Part shown: positions 11,479-25,420 of the stretch, one piece after another
Position numbering within the stretch: the first letter of the stretch is position 1
How the letters are laid out: each line of letters begins with the position of its first letter
From: Isurus oxyrinchus
Lineage: Eukaryota
NCBI GenBank assembly: GCA_026770705.1
Contig: JANJGN010000017.1
Span: 34,286,001-34,350,000, forward strand
DNA length: 64,000 nt
Direction of reading: 5' to 3'
The notes under the pieces: generated by a model
The model's database searches: none
What the model was told of the DNA's origin: nothing
The model's input: only the letters and a program-made list of their open reading frames with translations
Program-made: the position numbers and the translations under genes

Positions 11479-12321
11479 AACAATTCAATTCTCCATTGTC
11501 TTGAAAATTATCTTGAAAAAGTATGGTGTGGGTTAGTATAAATGTCAGGGACTTTAGACATTATTAAGACAAAATGGTTTTAACACCACCCTTGATAAAG
11601 TGTTTTACTGCCCAAGGTGATTTTTCCACTATTAGCATGTTAATCCAGGCTCATCAAACTATGGCTGGATTTTTATATTGTGGAGTAATGTCATACCCAA
11701 AGCATCTGAAATTAATTTACCAATTTCTTTTATAAAAGAGGATAATGCCAGTAATTTAATGGGTGACACGTATGTTCCAGGTCTCATAATAAAATTAATA
11801 TTTTGTTTTATTTGATTGCTATGCAAAGCTGCTTCCATTTGTAGCAAGAAAACATGCCAGCAAGGTAAAAATAAAACAGAAAAACTGTAAACACTGGAAA
11901 TCTGCAATTAATCTCCAAAAATGTTGGAAATAAACAGCATATCTGTCAACATTTGTAAAGGAAGCTTATGATGTCTTGAATGTGATCTCTTCAGATTGGA
12001 GAACAAGCGGTAAAGGGGAAGAATTTGGCCCCTATAATGTTTGTTTTGGGTGGTGAAAAATTAACTTGGGGGTACAATTTCTGGGCATGATCTAGAATGC
12101 CCAATCTTCCTTGGAAGTCCACCAGCTGCCTAATTGGAAGCTAGTGACTTTCAAATTTCCAGGGTGCCTACCTGAAACAAGGATTAAGCTGTTTGAATAT
12201 GCTAATAAAGATCCTAGGGCCTTTTTCAGGAAATCGCTCATCGATTAGTTGGAGGGTGTGCTGCACATTACCTGTTCAGTTTTTTTTCCAGGTATACAGT
12301 GACTTCTCCTGACTTCACAAC

Positions 12322-12420
12322 AGTGGCTCACCACCACCTTCTCAAGCCCAATGAGGGATGAGCAATAAATGCTGGCCTAGCCAGTGATACCCACATCCCA
12401 TAAAAATTAATTTTTAAAAA
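12322..12420 (+). mobile_element. LINE 3'-end fragment
   Basis: gctcaccaccaccttctcaag...gcaataaatgctggcctagccagtgatacccacatccc followed by an A-rich tail; reverse complement of the 8036 family. Confidence 0.65.
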
Positions 12421-15400
12421 ATACCGTGGGTTGCTACTAGCCCAGGATCTCCCCACCCTTGTAATCTTCTCCACCATCATTGCCCTACCTCAGAACTTAC
12501 TGCAATGAAGTTGAACATATTTCGCAAGTTCCTTCATTGGTTTTATAGAAATGAAGCCTAAAGCTCAATTTCAAGCAAGTTTCAGACTGATGTCTTTGGG
12601 CTCATGTTCCAGTTCCAATGCCTGTTTCACATCAGTTTCCAGCAACAAATAAATACCTTGATCCAACAGATATTTTAAGTGGGGGACATAGAGGGCAATG
12701 AGGGAAGTATCAACAGATACACCAATCACAGTGAGGTCATTAATGTGTTAAGCAACTCGCAAACTGCTAAATATATGTGATATAATAAATCAATAAAAGA
12801 AGGTAAAAACATTTTAAAAAGACAAGTTATAGATAGGGAAAAGAAATAAAAACAGAAAAGAAACCTGATGCCAGGTAGTGTTGAACTCCTACGCAGTGTC
12901 AAAAAAGGTTTCAAAAAAATGGCTAGTTGATCCATTTTGAAAAGGTGCATGCTGCTGCCAGTGCTCACACAACATTGAGAATTTACCAGTTGGGAAGTGG
13001 AGCTCTGTGCATGAGCATAAGTAAATATCTGCATAGTTTTTTTTCTCACATCAACAATGTTGTTTGCAGCAATGAACTGTACTCATCAGCTATTGGTCCC
13101 AGGCTAGTAGTGCAGCATAACCACCGGCTTAATGTGAAGATAGCTATGTACTCTGATGTTCCCTCTGCCCCAGAACTTATAAAGCAAATGTGTACTACGT
13201 ACCTTGGTACTTTCAGTTAAATACAAGGTGGAAAATATTTATCTGTAATAAGCTCCTACTATCTATGAATACTAATAAATAATTGTTATTGGTGTAACTG
13301 ACTAATATGTTTGCATATTTCCCAAAGAGGATTCAGACTGGAATAACAAAATATAACATACTGTAATTCTGCTCATAAATACTGGCTACAGCTTTATTAA
13401 TGTATTTAGCTTCCATATAAAATACATTATTTGATTAAAATTGAGATTAAATCACTATTGCAATCTTCCAAAGAATGCACTATCATTACTATACTAAAAT
13501 CAAAATTAGAAGATTAATTTAGTTTATTCAGTAAATTATAACATGTTGTATGATTATATATATTTCTAACAATAAATTAGACTTCAGCCTTTGCAGAAAT
13601 GTGAATAGTAGTGTACTTTTGTTATAGAAAATGGCTTCAATCAGTACGCACAAATGATTGTACACAACTTTCAAAATCAATAGAGAAAATTGGATTATTT
13701 ATTTGTCTGATAAAATAAAATACAGTTTGGCATGAAAATTATTTTTAGGGAATTTAATGGACAATATTGAGAAGGTTACATCATTAGTCATGAAGGTATA
13801 ATTAAGAGGCTAGATATATTTTAGAGACAAGTGATACTGTTCTTAAAATATACACTTTTGTATTTATATCAGACTATATCAGCAATAGTTTTACTTTACA
13901 TGCACTATTATGATAATACTGAATATTCCAATACGTTCTTGCAGAAAAGTGGTTCTGAAAGCTTCGATTTAATCAATGTTACATCTTTGAGCACATGCTC
14001 ATTTTTACCATTAGCTACCATGCATTAATGCTCACTTTTAGCCAATCATTTTTTTTTTAGTAATAATCTATTTTTAATGGCTTTGTAACATTCAAAATTC
14101 TTCACATTTCTTTATCACAAACTATTTTTTTGGTAAAGTTACAAATATTTTGGTAAATGAAGTATAACATCATTCTGCGAAGATCAGTACAATGCATGGA
14201 AACACTGGCATGCTCCAAATGACCTTGCAACTCTACAAAAGCTGTAAAAATGTTTCAACTGCAAATAATTCCTGCAGTATATATGTTAGCTTTAAGATGA
14301 TGCATCCTTAGGTCAGTTATATGTTCCTACATTGTGTCCATACTTTAGAACTTTAACATCTTAACCCAGCAGGTTTAAAGATAATCAGAAAAGAAGCTCT
14401 GTACCTTTATGTGTTAAAACTTACAATTTTTTTTAGAAATCATTCAAACAAAAGACATGATCCAGAAAATGAAAGATATCATGTACAATATTTCTGATTA
14501 AGAATTAAATGACTTTATTGTGTGACTTCACTGGGAAACAAACAGTGCTATTTTAAAACATTCTTGTGTGCTGAATTCCATCACTGAATTCAGGGTCTGA
14601 GTTCCCATGGAAACAAACATACACTCCTGGAGAATGAATGTCCCAGGCCTCTCAGGGTGTTGAATGTCTTCTGACATCATAAAATCAGTCTCCTAATTAG
14701 CCATGAGTGGCATAATGATCTAGAAACATAACATATACCAAATTGCGAGTTAAAGAATATTGCTGTGTCTCAAAGTTCAGATGATGTTTATGATCTACTT
14801 GAACTCTTCCCCTTAATGGTTTAATGACATCATCTGTACACCTTGATTAGTTGGCAGTCTCGTGACTCACTTAAAGGCTACCCTTTACTTGTAATTAAAT
14901 TCTGAAATGTCAATGGGCTCTCAATGTTGATGTTAAAATTGCTGACTATTGCCCAAATAACTCATTTTCCCAAAATATTTTAGACACACTAAATATATGT
15001 TTACATTCCTTAAAAGTTTATTGTTTATTTATTCCACTGAACTGATTAGGGAAAAAATGCAATTTACAAATAAACAACCCCAAAATAGTAAGCACTTACA
15101 TTATTTTTGAAATATTGTTTTCTATACTGTAGGAAATGTCAACAAAAATAATTAAAAGCCAATCTTTTGGTCCCTCAAAAAATTCCAACGATTTAAATAA
15201 TGGAATGAGCGAATGAATATGGCGAGCTGAGGATGGATTTCTTTGACTCAATATTATTACAGGGCCGGTGTGACAAAGATTAAGAAAGGTGGAGGCAGAT
15301 TTTGTGTGCATATAAATTGTGCAGTCACCGAGTATCATCTGTTGCATGGCTTTAACTGTATTGCAATCTTTGCCCCGTGCCTCAGCTTGCTCACTTTTGT

Positions 15401-18400
15401 GACAGACATATGAGAGTGTTGGTGAAGTTTTGTGAAGCTGGTTGTTCCTATCCCTTATGGGAATGGCTGCCACATTTGAACTGAACTCCAGGGTCACCTG
15501 GTACGTGCCCTTTCACACCGTGACCCGCTTTCCAATAGTTCATTTGGCTGGGGAATTCAACATTGTTGGCAAAAGACAGTTACTTCAGGAAGTCGCGCAC
15601 AGTTTCAGTCAACATTCTCTCAGATTCTGACACTTTTACACTTAAATATTTAACCTTCAACACTTGTGAAGTTGACATAACATTTTCATTTTTATTTGGG
15701 GAAGCGGGAGGCTGACCCCCATCCTTTCAAATGAGCCCCCTTCCCTTTTTTTGTGGGGGTGGCGAAAGATGTCTGTGACTTAAGACTCTCCAGAACCCCC
15801 ATTTATCTGAGGTTTAACGTGAAGAGTTGCTCGACCTTCCTCTGAACATTTTTACACACAAAGACAGGTCGCACCAACCATGTCCCAAACGTCCCGCCTC
15901 CTCGGGCAGCAGAGACAGCGCTTGCGCCTGAGCGAGTTTTGCACTGGACACGCGACCCCAATTTGAGTTGCAGACAGAAATTGCAAAGATTCTCCCTGTA
16001 AGTAACCAAACTAGAACAGGATCACGGGTTTCACAGCACATAAAATAAACACATGACGGGTAAATAGTTCCGACTTTGGCTTTAAAGGAAAATCTGTCTA
16101 GTGTCTAATTGTCCATGAATGAAAGGTAAGCGATGTTCTAGATTTCACACTACCTTGACATACCATAACAGTCGCAGCTGTAGGTTATAGGCAGACTCGC
16201 TCTCTCTTTATATTGTATTTTAATGTCCCTTTTGCTGTTATTTGTTACAATTCACAGCTAGTTCGCACATACATTACCAACACGCCACGCAATCTCTCTC
16301 TCTCTATGTGTAATGTTTTGAATTTTTGCTCTAAAGTAAACATTTGGGTTTACATACTTCCACAAATAAATATATATGTGTGGATTATATATAATTGCAT
16401 AATATTAAAAATTAATAAATAACATTTTCAACTTCTTAGAAACTTTCATTTTATTTGCGTTTCATTTAATAACATTTTGTCAAATTATTCGGATTGAGCT
16501 TACTTTCATACATGCTATACAGATCAAACTCGACTCAAAAACCCTCTGCGTGCCTTTGCATCCCTTTATTATTTATATGGTGTTGTACACGGCAAAAAAA
16601 TACTATTAAAAGTTCAAAAGCAAGCAATTTTATTTGTTTTTTTTCATCGAAATAGAAGTGCCTTCTCTAAATGAAGACATTCGGTCACTCGGTTTTAAGA
16701 TTGAAGCTATAGTCTGGCATCATATACTGTAGATATCAACATAAAAGGTGGAGTGCCTAAAGTATTATTATAATAGCCATGAATCAATTATAAAAGAAAA
16801 GAAGAAATTGATCGATGTGTCCGGAATATTGTTGATTTATTCAAGGTGATCATTAAAATGTGCAATTGATGCAGCTAAGTTCATCGACCTCAAATCCAAA
16901 TTGATGGTAAAAATATTTTTAAACACCCGAAACACTCGAGCATCGACCATCTGGAATACAGGTATGTTAACCTAGAAGTCAGTTTGGAAGTTTAGTCATT
17001 AACTTTGTGGTCTTCTATCTTGCTATTCATCAATAATCAGAAAGTGGTCACTTTTAAACTATTTGATTATGTAGTACGAGGTACAAACATTTGAAATATT
17101 TTTTATTTATGGGCGCAATTTTTTGTCTTATAAATGTTTACCCGTGAAATAACACGGGCGCTCGCAAAGAAACTATTGAATAATATTATAATTGATCAAA
17201 TCTGTTCCTTAGAAGATTAACAAAGTGTGAAATTTGTATGGGATTTTCAAAATGAAAGGCATTGTTCAAGTTTTAAGCTTTTTATAAGTTGTTATCCTGG
17301 TTATACGCCAAGGTGCCTTTAGGTGGCGCACTGTCACCGTAATACGAAGGTTACAATGTTTGATCGCTGTCCAAAAGCGTTCGTAACAATCTTTGATTGC
17401 AAGAAGTTAGCACATCTCATTATCCATTGATACCATCTGTGTTGGAACACTAGTTCTAAATAAAAGAAAATGTGCTCCTGTCAAAAGCAAAAATTAGCTG
17501 TTAAAATGCAGATTAAATATATTTACCACTCATGTTTCAATCATGCAATTTCCCACAGCAAATATTGTTACCCCCTTTCAAATTAATTTTGTTAAACCAA
17601 TGTATTTGAATCAAACTTTGTCTTGACTTATAGTAGTCATCTCTTGCTAATTATTTACACGCAAACATATCTCGAATCTGATACTGTATTAAGCTTTATC
17701 TCTGTTTCCTTGAAGTAAATTCACATGCTGAATAATTTAGATATTATTCAATTTTGGCAGATTCGGGTGTGCAGGAATATCCCTTGTAGTTTAACAAATT
17801 TCTGTCAGTTAGGGCAGTATACGTGTCTGACAACAAATTTGGAAATCTCGTTGACGAAGCTTAACTGTATGCCAGCCCGCAGTGCCTTATTTTATTTTCA
17901 CTCCTTGTTTTATTGGGACAAACTGCATATTAATTGACTGGAAGGAATCTATGTTCTTGCATTGCCCCCCAGCTACGCTTCCGGCAGCCACAACCGCCCA
18001 GCTTTCTTTCTTCATTACGATCTGTTGAATAAATGCAAATTGCGGCGTGGCATTACAAAAAGTAAATTGGCAACAGCTTTCCAATCAATAGTTCTATTAG
18101 TATGAAAATATACCAAATTTTAATATAAGTTGTTTATCCTATGCACTGCTATACTGCATCTATATCGTAAAACATAGGCGGTGAGAGTAGACAGACTGTT
18201 AGGATGATCATTTTAGATAAGACTTTATCTTCGAAAATTATGTTAGTGCAAGCAAGGCTTTCTGAAAGTATAATAGCATTCGAAAGCATAAACAGTAACA
18301 CGCTGAAAGTTTTATTATTGATAAACTAATAAATCTGTTAATTGCTTGCTTTATTAGAATTTCAATTATGACATTTGCAAAGCATACATATTTGTATATG

Positions 18401-21294
18401 TGAGAATCTTAGAAAAAAATCGGATTGAAATCCGTGTTTTGCAATTGGAATATAACAGTCAGCACTCAGCAGTTTTATGCATTTTCCCTCCGTGCATTGA
18501 ATTGAAGCTCCACTCCATCCGTGAATATCTCACCCTGGGTACGACATCTGCATTGAACATATTAAATATGACATCAAAGTCCCACCGCTTACAAAAAATA
18601 TCCGAATTAATTAAAACGAAGTGTGTTTCATTAAAGCCTATTACAATGTTTTAAATAATGCGATCGATCCTTGTCCGCACAATTGCACACCTCTGTCCCT
18701 TTTCTCTGGGACCGGGAATTGAGGATTTGCGCGATGCTGTGAAACTTCCTGAAGCTGGGAAGGGAGAGGAAAAAAGTTGGGGCTCTGAGGGTGATATATT
18801 GCTGAGCCTTGACGTTGTATGATTTTTACAAATTAGATTTTATCTAGACTAGCCGGTCCATTAATAGTGTTAACGTGGATGTGTGGCTTCCTTATGCCCC
18901 AAAAGTCCAAATATCGGAATAGATTTGAAATGTGTGCACTTAAAAGTGTTCAAGTTTGAGATATTTACCCGATCTTTCCCGAGCGTACTTTGCATAAAAG
19001 GGGTTTGTGCTCGTTTGAACCTTCTTGTGTTCCAAGCACAAGCCAATATTCTCAGGTAGCAGACCAAAAAGCGTTCTAAGAGCAGCTCACTCAGCCCTGA
19101 GACGGTGGCCCGGCACATAAAACAAAATCTTTGGACTTTTATTGTTAGACGAAAGCTGCATTTGGTACTATATATCTTGCGGGGAGGGGGGGGGGGGGGG
19201 GGGGAGAACTTCAGCGCCACCCGCTTTCCCGGACTACCTTGCCCTTCTGTCAACCTCTGGTTTATATTTTTAAAAAGTGGTTGCATGGTTTTAATTTCGC
19301 AAAGGGAAAGTGGGGAAAAGTTCCACATTGTAAACACATCACGCGTTTTTAACGCATCGCCATACAAAGGTTGATACAGGCGCCGCCGCATTTTGAAGCC
19401 CGACAACATGTGCAAAGAAACTTTGAGAAATGCAGTTAATTCCTGGGTCTCTGCTAACAAAAAGTTACCGATCTGGATAGTAATTCACTAATAGAACGCT
19501 TGAAAATGTGCAAAGCCCCATTCACCGCCGGTCACGAAAGGCAAACATGTGAAAATAGGAATACGATGTAGTTGGTACGTGTAAAGGTTTCTTAGTTCGG
19601 AATGATTCTAGGGAAGAGTTGCTAAAGGAATCTTATTTCGCAGTCGCGATGTTGGTGAGCTGTTGAAGGAGTTCAGATTGATCCCAAAGCCGAGTCTCTG
19701 AGCCTCCCGAGGCGGCGCTATTTGTCGAATGTGCACCTTACAGGTTGCACTGTGAATTCAGGGATTAATGCTTTCCGCTAAATCTCTGCGAGGCGCTGAC
19801 TAGAATGGATTTTCCTGAACAACAAAAAAACACACAAACCATGTTTATATCAGCTAACCGGGATTTTGATTGATCAACATCAAATGAATCACGCGATCGG
19901 TGGCAGTGCAATAATGGGGGGAAAACTCATTTATGAATTCCGTTATTTTCATAAAAGTTCTACTATATTATCTATCTTGCAGCCAAACAAAAAAAAAGCA
20001 AAACATTGGAATCGATCAGTTAACCTGTTATGTGGCCTTTAACATATATGTAATGTCAGAATGGTTATTATCGTGCCCATTTGGAAAAAAAATCGTGTTA
20101 GCTATTTGTTTATTTTGCTAAGTTGGAAAATAAATTGCGGCCAATTAAAAGTGCCTGACTGGGTTTCGAAACTAAGTAGACAATGGGTGGGATGCGCAGT
20201 ATATATGGGGCTTACTGCAGAAATGACCCCAGCACTCGACTTGCTACGCTTCCCCTACCGTTGTCACCTCACACTGTACCAGACGAGTTTCTATCCCAGC
20301 CCCTTTGTGTAATCTTTCACCACAAGTTTGAGACGCGCTGTACAATTTGTTGCTTTTATTTGAAAGCTGCTTTAATTTATGCGCTAAATTGTCGTGAGCG
20401 CGCGGAGCTGTTGTGTAGTTTAAGTATTCTCCTTTTTTAAAAAATACAAAAAAAAACAGAGGTGTATTGTTTCTCTTAAAAGGGAAGTTGTAAACAGTAG
20501 CAATTAGCTCAGTTTGTGATTATTCGCAAGACATCGATTTTTTTTTGGGGGGGGGGGTGGGGGTTGGAGGCGGTCATCCCAAACCTTTAGGTATAGTGAA
20601 CAAAGGCAGTCAACTGCCCATTCAAAAAGAGCGTTTGTAAAACGGGGTTGAGGGTTAAAGCTAAAGGCGAAGCTGGAGATTTGGTGAAAAGCAGTGTCTT
20701 TGGTTAGCGATTGTATTTCTTGTGTGTGCTCTGGTATGACAGCGAGGAGAGGACCAGCTGGCGCGGGGGACTTGGGGCTGGGCAATGGCCATCTGACTGA
20801 CTTTGGCTTGACATCTGGGAGACCACTGGTGTGTGGCACGCGAATCGCTTGATGTCGCTATTTATATGCAAATTCTGTGTATCATTCAACCCTCACCGTA
20901 AATTTACAAAAGGAACACTTCACATAATAAGGAGAATCGTTACTTCGGGAGGTCTTTGACTGGACCATGCAAATCGGATTCAGTCCCGCCAGCTTCTGCC
21001 TCCTTCTCTTTGTCCAACAGCGGTTGCTAGCTCACTCCCCCAAACTAAAACAAAAATCCGGATAATTCCCCCAGTATTTCACAGCACAACTGCCACACTT
21101 CCCAATATGATTTCCAGCCAGATAATTCAAACAACATTTGACAACAAACAGCCCATAAATCTGTCTGTATCAATGCAGTACCCATTGTAGTGAATTATTT
21201 AAATATGTGCGGGGTTCACTTTTGGGACCGGGTCGATCGTTCGACAATTTCACCCCATTCATTTAGGGTGTAAATGTTTGCAAAGAGGAGAGCT

Positions 21295-21323
21295 TGTGCG
21301 TGTGTGTGTGTGTATGTGTGAGT
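21295..21323. repeat. Imperfect (TG)n microsatellite
   Basis: tgtgcgtgtgtgtgtgtgtatgtgtgagtg. Confidence 0.8.
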
Positions 21324-23659
21324 GATTGTTGGGGTTTAAAGCTACTATGGGAAACAGTCGCGCGCGGGTGTGCTATTAGAATTCCTCCCCTCAGCACAAA
21401 GGGTACCTGGAAAAATTGAAACCGCCTTCACAACACGGGGAACTCATTTGTTTCGATGCAAAAGTCAGTTTATATTGAGGCGATGAAGTTTGAGCCGCTT
21501 TTATGCAACCCTTCTCCGACAAGAAATGGCAGCAGTAAATTGTTGTGTCAATACGGAGTCGTCACATTTTCCCTCGATTAAATTTGGGTTGTTACAAACA
21601 GTTTGTCAAAATGGTAAATTTGGGGTGGATGTATTTTCCACGCTATCGTCTGGAGCACTCGCCGCCCAGACCAGATGAGAATAGAAAATGAGCGAAATAT
21701 ATTCAGCCCAAACCCTGTTGTGAGGGAACAGCTGATTCCCCTATTCTGGCCAGATGGCTTCTGAACACAGATTTGCATTAATTTTCGCCTAATATCTTCA
21801 AAAAAAAATAGTGGTGCAGCTGCATTTGTTGTCAAATACGTTTTAAAACTCTTTGGCTGCAGAACGAATGTAGCCTCTGTGACTGTTTTGCGGAACTTTT
21901 CAGGTTATGTTTTACAGTCAACGGTATCAGCTTTAAAAGGATTTGGCTAAAACCCTATAATTTGGTAATCAGATTTAAATCGCCTCCACGCGTGTAATCT
22001 GCTATAAGAACACTGTAAGTGACTTGGAGCAAAGCAGGTTTAACAGATTTGAAGGGAACCCCCTCTTAAATATATAAAAAATATATCAATGATTTATATG
22101 AAAGTATTCACTTCGACTAGTTAGTGTTAAAATGAACTATTTTGTTTACTTTGCAACACTTATTAAATACTAACACACGTTTACTATAGCGGTGCTTTGC
22201 ATATATGTATAAACCAGTGACTCAGAATTAAAATGCGCCCAAAATGTTCACAGATTTCAAATGTTCCATTTTAAAAATAGCATCAAGATTTACTTAGCTG
22301 TAACTTATATTTAATTTTCGCTTAAAATGCATACATTTGTTAATAATACAGATGTTCCTTGTCGATATAATACTTTGCTACAAATCAGAAATTCTTTTAT
22401 TTATTATGCATAATGTTTCCTGCACATTTTGATTTTAAAATACAGTATTAGGATTCTGTAGATCTATATGGCATCTTAATATGTGATGATTGCTTCTGAA
22501 GACTAATCTTATTACTTTCAATCGCCATAAAATATGATTTTATTATACTTACGTATTTAATTAGACGCCAGCAATGTAATGGATTTTGAAATCGGAATAG
22601 CAACAGCTTTGATAATTCACTTATCTGTCGCAATAGTCATTAACCCCCCAACACCAGAAAATAGATTGCTCTAACACATCTCTTTCTCACCCTCAGCGGA
22701 GTATTGAAATTCAAGTGTTATGGTGTCCCCTGATAACAAAATTCGGAGTTCGATTTTCACCGATTAATTAAAATATTAGCGTACGTACGGTGCCAATTGT
22801 CAAAAAAAGGATGGAACTGCTAATACGAACGAAGAGAAAGAGCTGATCATTGGGTAAGTGACTATCCCTGATTCTCTCTCCCTCCAGCCTGTGCTCTTAC
22901 CTTTAGTAAAAAAAAGCACAGGGCAGCCTCCGTCCCTGGGGTCCCCTCCTCTGGGCACCAGCTAATACCTCTGAAAGACTAGTTTTAGTCAACAAAAATC
23001 TAGTTAGGAATACATGTGGATCTTCAGGAATTCCTAGTGATCGCATGTGTTCAAAACATCTAACTTCAACTCTTCTGCTCCTTGTGTTGATACACAGCCC
23101 GCAACGCAGCCCTTATATTGCTTCTTATAAATGTACCTTATAATGTGGATATTGATTCAGTGGACGTTCCCAGATCTTTTAACCTTAATTGATAACACGA
23201 CCTGATGGATACAAGAAAGAACGCCATTTAGTAATTGATCTTCAAGCTGCATAAAGAAGGCACATTGTTTCACAAGGACGTATCGTTTTAAATAAATATT
23301 AAAGTCAACACCACCCCCACCCCCTCCTCCCAATTTCCGTGAAAAACAGAATTGTGATTCATTTTTCAGGTAGGGTTTGTTCCAGATTGTTTAATATCCG
23401 GACAGTTGTTCTCCAATGACTGGATATAAATCGGGTTTAAGGCCCGAGAACGTTTCACACATAGTATTTTATAACTTTTAATTCAAACTTCAGCCGCAAG
23501 TTTTTTTTTTGCTGCGCGTATGGCTCTCTCAGCTTCCTCCACTGCGGTTTGTGTTTAAGGTAACAACTTTATCCCTTTCATTTCTGTTTGAAGACAAACA
23601 ACTCATGTGCGTTGTATATTTTTTTTCCTAAAGGATTCATTATGTTAATAATACTTTCT

Positions 23660-23930
23660 GCATTTGATTTTATTGGTTGTCAATTTGAGTACAAGGGAGG
23701 AAAAAAAATACACAGGGAGTGCAAAGAAAAAGGAGGGCAGCTCATCAAGGCGCTCAGGTTGGAGCTGTCAATCACAGGCCACGCAGCAATCCGATTGGCT
23801 ATGCTAATCAGAGCTCCATACATGGCCGCTGTCTCCTCCCCTAAACGTCAGAATCTGTCAGCGCTGGTCCCGGGGGTTTAGAGTTTTGGCTCCCGGGAAA
23901 GGATCCATTCCTAGGGGAAAGAGGGCTGAG
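23660..23930 (+). promoter_or_regulatory. Candidate EBF3 proximal promoter
   Basis: 500-780 bp upstream of the ATG. Reverse CCAAT boxes (ATTGG ~23672 and ~23794), PBX-PREP/MEIS decamer CTGTCAATCA at 23765-23774, ATGCTAAT at ~23801, locally raised GC and CpG. The TSS is not determinable from sequence. Confidence 0.55.
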
Positions 23931-24324
23931 TTTGTATGTTTCCATCCATTCTCTGAGACGCTAAAGGCCCTAATCAACCTCTCCTGTGTCCAGGAACACC
24001 TCTATGGTAATCATTTTTCGTTTATTTGTCTTTTGGAGCAGGAGAACCTTGTCAGAAGTGGTCGATTCAGCAGTGTCCTGAGCAGAATACCTTTGATGCT
24101 GTGGCAGGATGACACCACACTGAGAGAACAACATCAACAAACAACATTTTTTTTTCCACTCTTAAACCAAATTTCCCGCTAGTTGTACTTTTCTCCAGAA
24201 CGGATCACGATCCAACTAGCGCTGAACTACTCCTGAAATTGTTTATGTCGTGCCAAATGCGGGACAGCTTGAAGAGGAAGCAAGTCTGAACTCGGCTTTT
24301 CTCTTACTGATCATAACGAGCTAA

Positions 24325-24579
<255 letters not shown>

Positions 24580-24812
24580 TAATCAAATATTATTTTCCAT
24601 CTGATTTTTTTTTATGTTTCTCATATCGACCCGAAATCACCAAATCCCCTCAATACGCTATCAATTACCCCCTCTCCCTCTGCTCCCCTTCACTTTCCCT
24701 TTCATTACATCATATTACTGCTAGCGACAAATCAAGAAATCTCTAGTCTCCCAAATGTGATTCCCATCTCCCATGTTTTTCATCAGTTGCTCTCTGTCTC
24801 CAGTGCAGCTAA

Positions 24813-25019
<207 letters not shown>

Positions 25020-25356
25020 TAGAAATCATTTTCTCTTTAAGTGCACAATAACTAACAAGCATAACGGTACTCAAGAGGCGCCCAAACCACGTGTAGTTCT
25101 GCTTGTTCTAACAGCTCTCGGCTGCTAAGAAAAATAACTGCCTATTTATGACATTGTGTGTAAATATTATTTTATTACAAAAGCCTAAAAGCAAAGTGTT
25201 TCCTATTGATAGAATCCATGAGCTCGCCACATTCTTAAGTCAGATACTGACATGGGAAGCAGTTAATTATAAACAAATACATTAAAAGAGACATGAAAAA
25301 TAAACTATGGATTACAATGAACGATATAATTACTCATTTATAATGGTTGATTTTAG

Positions 25357-25420
25357 GAGCCAAATAATGAGAAAACCAACAATGGAATACACTACAAACT
25401 TCAGTTACTGTACAGCAATG
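25357..25420 (+). CDS. EBF3: EBF3 coding exon 3, 64 nt
   Basis: ttttag|GAG; translates EPNNEKTNNGIHYKLQLLYSN(G), EBF3-type; donor ATG|GTAAGT; phase is consistent with exons 2 and 4. Confidence 0.96.

Noticed and set aside
18870-19460. 196-aa minus-strand ORF and overlapping 89-aa plus-strand ORF upstream of EBF3
   Set aside because: Non-ATG starts, no recognisable domain, and the poly-Pro/poly-Gly comes from a G homopolymer; consistent with chance in CpG-rich DNA.
22893-22903. Minus-strand donor AAG|GTAAGA suggesting a divergent antisense transcript
   Set aside because: A lone donor motif is common by chance; there is no other support in the sequence.
23588-24182. Two ~98-aa ORFs over the promoter and 5' UTR
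   Set aside because: TTG starts and no homology recognised; uORF status cannot be judged without a TSS.
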